Below are positions 7,569 through 15,686 of a stretch of 64,000 nt of DNA, piece after piece. The position numbers and the translations under genes are program-made. The stretch lies in NCBI GenBank assembly GCA_048938445.1, contig JBHLME010000005.1:654-64653 (forward strand), written 5' to 3'. The DNA comes from Promethearchaeota archaeon (GTDB lineage: Archaea > Asgardarchaeota > Lokiarchaeia > Sigyniarchaeales > SOKP01). The notes under the pieces are model-generated. The model did no database searches. It was given only the letters and a program-made list of their open reading frames with translations, and was not told where the DNA came from. The stretch's first letter is position 1. Each line of letters begins with the position of its first letter.

Positions 7569-9683
7569 TTAATCTGCAAAGAAAATATAGGAGGAATAAT
7601 CTGCTAATTGTGGATTTTGTGGATTATCACTTGCATCGACGATCCCTTTCGCATAATAAAATGAGTCAATTGCATCATACCCCACTGCCACATGATCAAA
7701 GAAATGAGCGGAAAAAGCACCTTCATATGGAACATCATGACCGTCCAATGTATAAGAAGAATGTTCTGTATCTGAACTAGACATAGCAAAATATGGTTCT
7801 GACCGAAAACGGTTGACCCAATCTCCCGAATAACAGGAATCTACAAGATGAGCTTTTCTAGATGTTTCCAGGCCATCCATTAATACACGGAACCTACTTG
7901 AAGTTACTATTTCACCTCCAGGGTTGAAATAGGCAGCTGAGACACCATATATAGGATCAATACCTCCATGCCCCATTAGATAAAGAAAAATCGTATCACC
8001 TTCCTTTTCATAGTTATCAATAAATTTAAACATCTCCTCGAAATTCTCTGGATTCTTGAATTCATATATCACGGTAAACCCTTCTCCACGTAAAATATTA
8101 GCATATCGATCAATTCCTTCTTGAATTCCAGCGTCACTTGCCCATATAAAGACCGCAATTTTTTCAGGATCACGGTCATAAATATTTCCACCCTCATATG
8201 GAATGAATTCTACGCTATCAATACTTATATAATAGCTATCATCACCACCTCTCATTATAATGTAAGCTATCTGGAAATCATCAACTATTTTATTGGGATC
8301 TACACTGATCTCCACAGAATCTATACCGAAATAGAAACCCTCATGATCTTGGCTTCCATCCATGTAATTGATATCAAAGTAAATCATTGACCAACCTGTC
8401 ATCCAGTCTCCGGCCCAATACTCATAATGATCCATTTCTGCATTTATTTTAATTCCTCCTAGTCGTACATCTGGAATATCATAATTAATAATCACCCCAG
8501 ATGTTCCTGCATATCCATATGTTTCATATATTGGCGCTCGATTATCTTTGAGTCTAAAAGACGTCGAATCGAAATGATAAGTATCGTCAATATCTCCTGA
8601 AATTACAGTACCTACAAGAATTTCGTAATTGGTAATCCAAATAGGTTCATCTACGACTAAAATGAGCACTTTTTGAGAATAATAGGAATTATTAGACGAA
8701 TCATGTCCTAATAGCTGAACTTCATGATAACCAGGCTCAGGTGTTGGAATCACGTGGTCAAGCGGAATTTTAATTGCAGTGCCCCCCTCTAAAGGATCAA
8801 TAATGTAAAATAAGTCTTCCAAATCGATCTCCCTGCAAATTTCATAGTCAAGCTCTAATCCAATCATTCCATTTATATTATATGAACCTCTTTGAACCGG
8901 ATTCGTTACTTTAATGGGATGATCATATTCATAAAATAGCTGAATCGTGGCCAAGTCCATCTCTACAGTTACTCCTGGACTCGTATAAAAAATAAAGTCC
9001 CATTTACCTTTATTGCGCGTATGAATTTGAATCTCTACTCTTCCATCATTATTTATATAATTAGTAAAGTCTGGGTCATTTAATTGATGATGATTACCGC
9101 TACTTGGAGTTGTAGTATCAATCGTGTAAATTTTCCAATTGTTTTTAAAATCGGTATCTAAGACATGTTCCCACGATTTTGAGCCATCACTATTTTCATG
9201 TCTTATATATATTCTATTGAATCCCCCTCCTTTTGTTCTAGGAACGGCTCTAATCTTAAGGGTAATCAAAAAATCTTTAAGTGTAATATCTTCGTATCCA
9301 GGTTCGGTACTTACATCGAAATACATCGTATCATATACATTTATCACCGATTCTGTTGCTAAGGAGATATAACGATAACGATATGTATTTCCTCCTTCAG
9401 CTTCAGCCCAATCTGTATTAGGATTAGGCCATATAGCATCGGGGGTATAATAATACCCTTTTTCTACGTGGTCATGAGGACTTCTCAGTGCAGGTCTTGG
9501 AGCATTCGGAAATGAGTAGAGTATATCGCTTGAATTTTGTCCTAATGCTTGATCATTATTAAGATTAATATCACTTGTATTGATGTCCGGAAAAAACATA
9601 ATTGCTACCATGACCGTAATAAAAAAGAATGGAAATATAAGATTTTTATTACTCTTTTTTCTCTTATGGATTTTATCTTTCAT
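7569..9683 (-). CDS. secreted/anchored protein with C-terminal caspase-fold (C13/legumain- or metacaspase-like) cysteine peptidase domain
   Basis: 704 aa. N-terminal signal anchor (KRKKSNKNLIFPFFFITVMVAIMFF) and a long beta-rich middle. The C-terminus has KIAVFIWASD, then FLYLMGHGG (His), then KAHLVDSCYSGDW (Cys), the His-Cys dyad spacing of clan CD peptidases. Confidence 0.6.
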   Translation of the reverse strand: MKDKIHKRKKSNKNLIFPFFFITVMVAIMFFPDINTSDINLNNDQALGQNSSDILYSFPNAPRPALRSPHDHVEKGYYYTPDAIWPNPNTDWAEAEGGNTYRYRYISLATESVINVYDTMYFDVSTEPGYEDITLKDFLITLKIRAVPRTKGGGFNRIYIRHENSDGSKSWEHVLDTDFKNNWKIYTIDTTTPSSGNHHQLNDPDFTNYINNDGRVEIQIHTRNKGKWDFIFYTSPGVTVEMDLATIQLFYEYDHPIKVTNPVQRGSYNINGMIGLELDYEICREIDLEDLFYIIDPLEGGTAIKIPLDHVIPTPEPGYHEVQLLGHDSSNNSYYSQKVLILVVDEPIWITNYEILVGTVISGDIDDTYHFDSTSFRLKDNRAPIYETYGYAGTSGVIINYDIPDVRLGGIKINAEMDHYEYWAGDWMTGWSMIYFDINYMDGSQDHEGFYFGIDSVEISVDPNKIVDDFQIAYIIMRGGDDSYYISIDSVEFIPYEGGNIYDRDPEKIAVFIWASDAGIQEGIDRYANILRGEGFTVIYEFKNPENFEEMFKFIDNYEKEGDTIFLYLMGHGGIDPIYGVSAAYFNPGGEIVTSSRFRVLMDGLETSRKAHLVDSCYSGDWVNRFRSEPYFAMSSSDTEHSSYTLDGHDVPYEGAFSAHFFDHVAVGYDAIDSFYYAKGIVDASDNPQNPQLADYSSYIFFAD

Positions 9684-9967
9684 TTTTATTCATACTTCTT
9701 TTTTTGATTTTTATCTTAAATTTGATCCTTAGATCAGACTTTATTATGTAATTATTTATTTAAACGTTATGAATATATAACTATACCTATCATCGTTGTA
9801 AGTATATATCTGATATTAACCTTTGATGAAATATCTCATCTTTTAAATGTTTCGGATTAATCTATCTTTAGAATTTCTTTAACTAAGACATTTTTTTGGC
9901 AGTAATTTTCAATATAGTCTGAAATTATATATTTAATCACTTACATGACATTTGAATCTAAACTTAC

Positions 9968-10095
9968 AATCCCTCCCGAGTTTTAAATAAATAAAGATTT
10001 TTAGATCCTGAATGTTTCGCTCGGGTCTATCACATCGGTAAACATTAAGTAACCTTCCGATCATCCCTTCTAATAACAAGACAATTGATGAATTG
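9968..10095 (+). repeat. diverged direct repeat, copy B (leader of the RecA-fold gene)
   Basis: Contains AATCCCTCCCGAGTTTTAAATAA, GATTTTTAGATC, GGTCTATCACATCGG and ATCCCTTCTAAT in the same order as copy A. Runs into the start of 10093..10665. Confidence 0.5.
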
Positions 10096-10665
10096 TTTGA
10101 CGGAGGCTTTCGCTGGAATTTGGTCCATCTCTTATATGGTTCGAATAAATTTATTTCTAATATCCTTCATGAGGTTGTTGTAAATTTCCAGACTATCAAA
10201 GAAGGGAAGATAGCATGGATTTCAGGAGATAACAGGTTCAGACCGTATGAAATCAGCAAGATTGCGGTAAGCAAGAAGCCATCACCCTCCAAAATTCTTG
10301 ATAACATCCTCATATCCAGGGCATTCTCGTGGGAAAGACTTGTCGAGCTGGTTCAAGCAAGACTGCCTGAAGTAAACAATATCAAGGTGATAGTGGTGGC
10401 GGGATTCACGAACCTGCAACCAGATCACGAGAAAAAGACCATCGGAGACCTCTTGGGAGCAATCGAGGGAATGAAAAAAACCATTTTCAAGTCAAATCCC
10501 CTGTTCATTCTCACGGCACCATTGAATGAATATTCTGACTTCAAACCGAAAGGAGGACACGCGCTATATCATTTTGGAAGCGTGTTATTGGTCATTGAAG
10601 AGACCGAGCGTTCCATCAGTATAGACTCGTCCAACATCCATTCCTTCTCGAAAAGGAAATCGTGA
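10093..10665 (+). CDS. RecA-superfamily (RadB/KaiC/Elp4-like) fold protein with degenerate P-loop; possibly decaying
   Basis: 190 aa from a TTG. (TIDEL)FDGGF..NLVHLLYGSNKFIS resembles the LDxLLGGG..G..xxxxGxxGxGKT start of RecA-like ATPases but lacks GKT. Frame is open from 10042 with no canonical start. A second frame continues HPFLEKEIVKYKPKK...TLDAWL to 10740, suggesting a 3' frameshift. G+C is clearly above neighbours. Confidence 0.45.
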   Translation: MFDGGFRWNLVHLLYGSNKFISNILHEVVVNFQTIKEGKIAWISGDNRFRPYEISKIAVSKKPSPSKILDNILISRAFSWERLVELVQARLPEVNNIKVIVVAGFTNLQPDHEKKTIGDLLGAIEGMKKTIFKSNPLFILTAPLNEYSDFKPKGGHALYHFGSVLLVIEETERSISIDSSNIHSFSKRKS

Positions 10666-10745
10666 AATACAAGCCCAAGAAATTAAAAAGAACGTTATCC
10701 GTTCCCGATAAAAATAAGACTTTGGATGCGTGGTTATGATGAAGT

Positions 10746-11153
10746 TCATGCAATAGACATCAATCTAATACTTCCTAAATGAGGAGAAAGATAAGAATGA
10801 ACCTGAATAAATTTATAAATTTCTCTTTTATATTCCATTAATGCATTTAACTTTCCAATTTCCCAATCTAAAACCTCAAAACTTTTATATATGCGGAAAT
10901 ACTCATTAATTATGGGAAAGAGAATCTCTCTACTGCTCTTTTCAATCCTACAATTCCACTTTGAAAGAGAATTAATGATAAACTTGTAGTATAGGGTATT
11001 ATCATAAATTCTAATATTATAAAGTAATTCAGCAGAATCTATTTTAAATTGATCCAAATCTAATTTAAAATCAGGAATATGGCTTAGTTTTTGACTTGTT
11101 TTGATCCTAATTTTTCCTTTTTTTATTTTAAAAATTTGAAGGTAATATTGCAA
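10746..11153 (-). CDS. hypothetical protein
   Basis: 135-aa ORF with no recognisable motif. Confidence 0.35.
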   Translation of the reverse strand: MQYYLQIFKIKKGKIRIKTSQKLSHIPDFKLDLDQFKIDSAELLYNIRIYDNTLYYKFIINSLSKWNCRIEKSSREILFPIINEYFRIYKSFEVLDWEIGKLNALMEYKREIYKFIQVHSYLSPHLGSIRLMSIA

Positions 11154-11209
11154 TGATGATTTTTATTTTAAATTGTAATTAGCATTTTTATATAAGAAAA
11201 ACATTATTA

Positions 11210-11800
11210 TTGGATATGGAAGGACCAAATGATCTCCCATCATCAATAGAAATTGAAGAGCAACAAGAAAAAAATGAATTCATGAGGGGGATTACTATTT
11301 TTATATCAGAATTAAAGGATGGAGCTCTACAATTTTCAATAAAATCAGAAGATTTTTTCAAGAATTTAAAAAAAGGAATTCAAATAAATCTCAGTAAATT
11401 AAAATCAAAATGGAATAAACTTATTTTTGGAGAAAAGGAAGAAAAAAATGTCAAACTCACAAAGAAACTAATGAAAAAATATCAAACATTAGAAAGGAAA
11501 CTCGCAAAAATTGAATCTACTACTACAACTACACATGAACTTGCAAAACAGATCAAGGAAGATACCTCTCAAATCATGCTGGATATCAACGATGTATCAT
11601 TAATCTTGGAAATGGTCATGGACAGAGTTGATAATGTTGAGGATTACATGAAAAGGAATTTAGGAAGTGATTGGAATAAGATAAAAAATCACTGGTTAAA
11701 ATATAAGAATGATGAGATTACTAAGGGAGAATTCATCAAGTTTGGTTTGAAAAGTATTGGAAAAAAATTCTTGAGTATCTTTATTAATATATCAGGTTAA
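11210..11800 (+). CDS. hypothetical helical/coiled-coil protein
   Basis: 196 aa with an acidic N-terminus and a Lys-rich helical body. An ATG at 11216 is an alternative start. Confidence 0.4.
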   Translation: MDMEGPNDLPSSIEIEEQQEKNEFMRGITIFISELKDGALQFSIKSEDFFKNLKKGIQINLSKLKSKWNKLIFGEKEEKNVKLTKKLMKKYQTLERKLAKIESTTTTTHELAKQIKEDTSQIMLDINDVSLILEMVMDRVDNVEDYMKRNLGSDWNKIKNHWLKYKNDEITKGEFIKFGLKSIGKKFLSIFINISG

Positions 11801-12081
11801 AGTGATAGAAATAATTGAATTGAAATTAATTTCTCTTATGAAGAAAAACAGATCGACTCGTCTCTAAATCTGATATAAATTATATATGAAGTAGTTATAA
11901 AGAATGAAAAAAAATAAGTATTGAGGAGGAATTTTTAATAAAATAAAGTTGAAATATATAAAAGTCTGAATTATTATATTATAATTAGAATAATTCTAAA
12001 ATGAATAATTTTAACTTGAATCCAAAATTATACAATTTGAGAATAATATAAAAAACTATTAAAAATTTCGATAAAAAAAAG

Positions 12082-12540
12082 ATGTCTGATAAAGAAATTT
12101 GGACGATAAAACTGGATTGGCTTAATATCGTAAATCTTTTAGGATTAGATAAGATTGAACAAATCTCAGAAATAAAAAAAGAAAAAGCAATAAAAAAGAT
12201 TAGTAAATCATTTGATACTGATGTTCTATTAGAAAAAGATCCTGATGAATTGGATAAAATTGTAGCCGATGAATTGAGAGAAATAATGAAAAAAGAATTA
12301 ACTCAAAAGGCTAAAGACCAAGAAAGAAGGGAGAGAGAATTTCAGAGTAATTTTATTCCATTTAAGAATGGTGGAATAATAAATATAGATCCGAGAGACC
12401 TTAAAGACCTCGATATTGATATTGATGGAGATCCTTATGATCTTCTAAAGAAGTTAGCTAAAAAGTTTTTTAGAGGAGATAACGATTCAGACGACGATAA
12501 AGATAAAACTAAAGAAGATAACACGGGATATTACATCTAA
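12082..12540 (+). CDS. hypothetical acidic protein
   Basis: 152 aa, charged, with an Asp-rich C-terminus (DNDSDDDKDK). Confidence 0.4.
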   Translation: MSDKEIWTIKLDWLNIVNLLGLDKIEQISEIKKEKAIKKISKSFDTDVLLEKDPDELDKIVADELREIMKKELTQKAKDQERREREFQSNFIPFKNGGIINIDPRDLKDLDIDIDGDPYDLLKKLAKKFFRGDNDSDDDKDKTKEDNTGYYI

Positions 12541-12609
12541 ATCATTCTTTAGGAATTATTTTTAAAAAATTTAACTAATTTTTAACCTTATTTACTTCAT
12601 ATAATATTT

Positions 12610-13248
12610 TTATGAGTTCTCTTTTTCTTTAACTTTTTTCGAGATTTCTTCTTTTAGTTTTAAAGCTTCAGCGTGATCTGGTTCTATTTCTAATGCTTTC
12701 TCACAACAAATTAGTGCTCTATCAGGCATTTTTAAGTTTATATATGCTATTGTTTTAGAATACCATGCATGAGAGATATTCGGATCTTTATCTAAAGCAC
12801 TATTAAAACATAAAATTGCTTCCTTATATTTTTTTAAATTAATGAGAGAATTACCTTTATTTAATAAAACTAATTCAGGTACCTGGGGATTTAATTCTAA
12901 AGCCTTATCAAAACAGTTAATAGCTTCTTTATATTTTCCAAGCAGACTCAGCACAAAACCTTTATTTTCCCAAGCTTCACAATTATCTGGATGAAACGAT
13001 AAAAACATGCTATAGTAAGTGATAGCATTCTCATAGTCCCCATTCTTTTTATATTCATTAGCCTTTTCAAGATCACTTTGAATTTCCTTCTTCTCTTCAA
13101 CGAGAGTAATATCATTTTCTTTTGAATCTTTCTCTGTTTCTTTTACACTTCCGGATTGATCACCTTTTTTTCTCAAGGGTTTACCACAATATTTACAATA
13201 AAAAAATTCGTTTCCAACTCTTCCTCCGCAATTTGTGCAAAAATTCAT
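12610..13248 (-). CDS. zinc-ribbon plus TPR repeat protein
   Basis: N-terminal CTNCGG..x..CKYCGKPL zinc ribbon, then TPR units (AWENKGFVLSLLGKYKEAINCFDKALELNP, AWYSKTIAYINLKMPDRALICCEKALEIEP). Confidence 0.7.
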   Translation of the reverse strand: MNFCTNCGGRVGNEFFYCKYCGKPLRKKGDQSGSVKETEKDSKENDITLVEEKKEIQSDLEKANEYKKNGDYENAITYYSMFLSFHPDNCEAWENKGFVLSLLGKYKEAINCFDKALELNPQVPELVLLNKGNSLINLKKYKEAILCFNSALDKDPNISHAWYSKTIAYINLKMPDRALICCEKALEIEPDHAEALKLKEEISKKVKEKENS

Positions 13249-13432
13249 GCTTATTCACACCTATAACTTTTTGACAAAAATATAATAATTTATCTCTATT
13301 AGAAAAATTTCTATCAATATGATATTCATTTAGGGATTAATGCTTATAAACTTTTAATTTATTGCTTTTTACATTAAGGAATTACTTGTCATTATTGTTA
13401 ATTTTTACAATCATTTAAAATATTAAAATATT

Positions 13433-14368
13433 TCACATCTCTTGAGATAAGATTTCGTTCAAAAGAGAAATTAAAATATTGAACTCTTCAGGATCGAATG
13501 AAGATTCTGCTTTACTAAATAATAAATAATAAGGGGATGCTCCTTTTGTCAGTTTAAAACGCTTGAAAATAAAAAATTTACCCATTCTTTCTATTTGAGT
13601 GTAATTATCTTCTTGGTCTTTATGTTCCGTTCTTTCGAAACCATCATTTAATCGCAAAAAGTAAGGTGAAAGGGAATTTAATATTTTTTTAATAGAATCA
13701 TTTTCATAATATGAGCCTATGATAAGCGAGTTATTATCCAAGAGTTCAATTCCTTCAATATTGCATTTTTGAGCAAATTCTTTAATTGAATTATCAATTA
13801 CTTTACCCTTAGGATATAAATTGATTAAAAGTTTAGACATGGCATTTACAATTGATGGTAAATTAAAAATTGTAGTTTTATAGAATGAAAAATTCTTATA
13901 ATTTTTAAAACTTTCAATTTTCTTTTTTAAAAACTGATATGTATCTTCCATTTTAGTATCAGTGTCAACCATTAATTCAGGATCAAATTTATGAAAAAAA
14001 ACATGGATGGAAGGGGTGATTCCAAGTTCAGTGAATTTATCTACTACATCATATAAATACGAACAAGAATCCACGATACGTTCACGGTCCTGTACATCAA
14101 CGACATATATCATTATATCCGTTCCCCTAAAGATCATCTGAGCTTTTTCTAAATAGGTTTTACGAAATCGTTCTTGCCCTCCAAGATCCCATTCAGAAAT
14201 AGTCATGCCCAAAAATTCAAAATTCCGTCTCTCAGCATTTCTAGTGGGTTTAATAGTTGCAATTTTTGAAATTTCTCTCAATAAAGAAAAGATTATGGAT
14301 GTTTTTCCGGCATTATCTAGACCAGTAAAAATAATCTTTCGAATATTGGAACCATCTTCTGACGTCAT
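13433..14368 (-). CDS. Rag/Gtr-like small GTPase with C-terminal roadblock-like domain
   Basis: 311 aa. G1 GLDNAGKTS, G3 WDLGGQERF, G4 HKFD. TTIFNLPSIVNAMSKLLINL and IKEFAQKCNIEGIELLDNNSLIIGSYY parallel human RagA [20 protein letters not shown] and [27 protein letters not shown] (from memory). The C-terminal ~130 aa has a roadblock-like strand/helix pattern. Confidence 0.8.
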   Translation of the reverse strand: MTSEDGSNIRKIIFTGLDNAGKTSIIFSLLREISKIATIKPTRNAERRNFEFLGMTISEWDLGGQERFRKTYLEKAQMIFRGTDIMIYVVDVQDRERIVDSCSYLYDVVDKFTELGITPSIHVFFHKFDPELMVDTDTKMEDTYQFLKKKIESFKNYKNFSFYKTTIFNLPSIVNAMSKLLINLYPKGKVIDNSIKEFAQKCNIEGIELLDNNSLIIGSYYENDSIKKILNSLSPYFLRLNDGFERTEHKDQEDNYTQIERMGKFFIFKRFKLTKGASPYYLLFSKAESSFDPEEFNILISLLNEILSQEM

Positions 14369-14481
14369 GATGTATGGTTTATTTTTTTTGCTTTTTAATA
14401 TAACAAGAATTTTCCTTATAAATAATTATTTCAAAAATTGAATTTAGTTTGGTTGAATAAAGTGTATTAAAATCTAGTTTC

Positions 14482-14814
14482 CTACAAGCTAATAAATAAT
14501 AAATTATCTTTAGATTCTAAAAAAATAGATTTCCTTGAATTTAACAAAGTTTTATACTGTTTTTTGTTAAGTAGAGAAAGATTTTCTTTATTAACATTAG
14601 AACAGTGGATATGGACTAATTTCTTTTCAATTAAATTTACTAATATTTCATAAAAATCATTATTTTTATTTTTTGAGTAGTTTTTCATGTTTGAATTCAA
14701 GAATGAAATTATTAACCTCCTATCGAATCGTTTGTTAAGTTCTCTTAAACTTGAGTCCTCTTGAGGATGATTAATAATTAAATTTCCTTCCATGATAAAG
14801 ATAATTCTACCCAT
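14482..14814 (-). CDS. small hypothetical protein (possible longin/roadblock-size partner)
   Basis: 110 aa, co-oriented and just upstream of the GTPase gene. Starts with a beta-hairpin-like GRIIFIMEGNLIINH. No firm motif. Confidence 0.35.
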   Translation of the reverse strand: MGRIIFIMEGNLIINHPQEDSSLRELNKRFDRRLIISFLNSNMKNYSKNKNNDFYEILVNLIEKKLVHIHCSNVNKENLSLLNKKQYKTLLNSRKSIFLESKDNLLFISL

Positions 14815-14966
14815 ATTTATTTAATATTTTAATATGTGTGTAATACTTTGCTTTTATGATCAGGTTTCGTCTTATATATTCTTGATATTGTTTCAATCAA
14901 AGATATTTAAGGATCTATGAAAAGATATCAGTTAAATAAAATTTCCTTACTATTTTAAATGATATT

Positions 14967-15683
14967 TTATAGACTAAAAAGCTCTAAATAAATTTGCCTT
15001 TCATATTTCTTTAATGCTTTTAATTTACTATTCCATTTAATTAGATGATACCATTCATAAAGTATGTATATTATTAATATTGCTTGTGAACCAATTGTTA
15101 AGATTATTATTACATCTAATAAAAAAGGTCGTTGGGGGGGTAATCCTTGGAAATAGCTTGTATAATACCATACGATATAAAATAAACAAAATAAATTCAG
15201 AACTATAAAAAAATTTCTGATAATTCTCATATTCTTAATAATTCCGTAGAAAAAATCTGTTAAAGTTAATTGGTTTTTAAGATTTTCGATTTCTTTATCA
15301 TAATTTTTTATGTTTAGCTCTGATAATTGTTGTATCTTATAATTCTTTAACTTATTTTTCCAGCGGAGCAAAAATAGATAATTTATAAGGGCAAATATCC
15401 CAATTATCAACAATAAAATTATTGGTAACAAGACTTCAAAAAGGGGTGGAGATGGACGGGGTTTAGGAGGTGCTGAATAACTCTCTAGATTAAGAATCAA
15501 TTGAAAAACAAGACTAATAAACTGAGCAGAAACGATAAAAATTGGGACTACCGCACTAATAAGGAGAAACATTTTTTCATGATTTATATAATTAAGTCCC
15601 ACATTCTCTAATCTGTTGAATATCGATTTATAAGCTGAATTTTCTTCCTTCATTTTGTTATTATTCTCAACCATTAGTATCAC
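14967..15683 (-). CDS. 4-TM membrane protein with internal duplication
   Basis: 238 aa. Two TM hairpins, each followed by a basic amphipathic segment (LFLLRWKNKLKNYKIQQL and LYEWYHLIKWNSKLKALKKYERQI). GTG start at 15683 or ATG at 15674, 3-12 nt after the upstream stop. Confidence 0.5.
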   Translation of the reverse strand: MILMVENNNKMKEENSAYKSIFNRLENVGLNYINHEKMFLLISAVVPIFIVSAQFISLVFQLILNLESYSAPPKPRPSPPLFEVLLPIILLLIIGIFALINYLFLLRWKNKLKNYKIQQLSELNIKNYDKEIENLKNQLTLTDFFYGIIKNMRIIRNFFIVLNLFCLFYIVWYYTSYFQGLPPQRPFLLDVIIILTIGSQAILIIYILYEWYHLIKWNSKLKALKKYERQIYLELFSL

Positions 15684-15686
15684 CTT

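Noticed and set aside
10735-10806. C/D-box sRNA-like arrangement (ATGATGA ... CTAA ... ATGAGGA ... CTGA)
   Set aside because: The spacers are much longer than the canonical ~12 nt, and the D' and C' boxes are imperfect. The segment also overlaps the 3' end of ORF 10746..11153, so it is likely chance.
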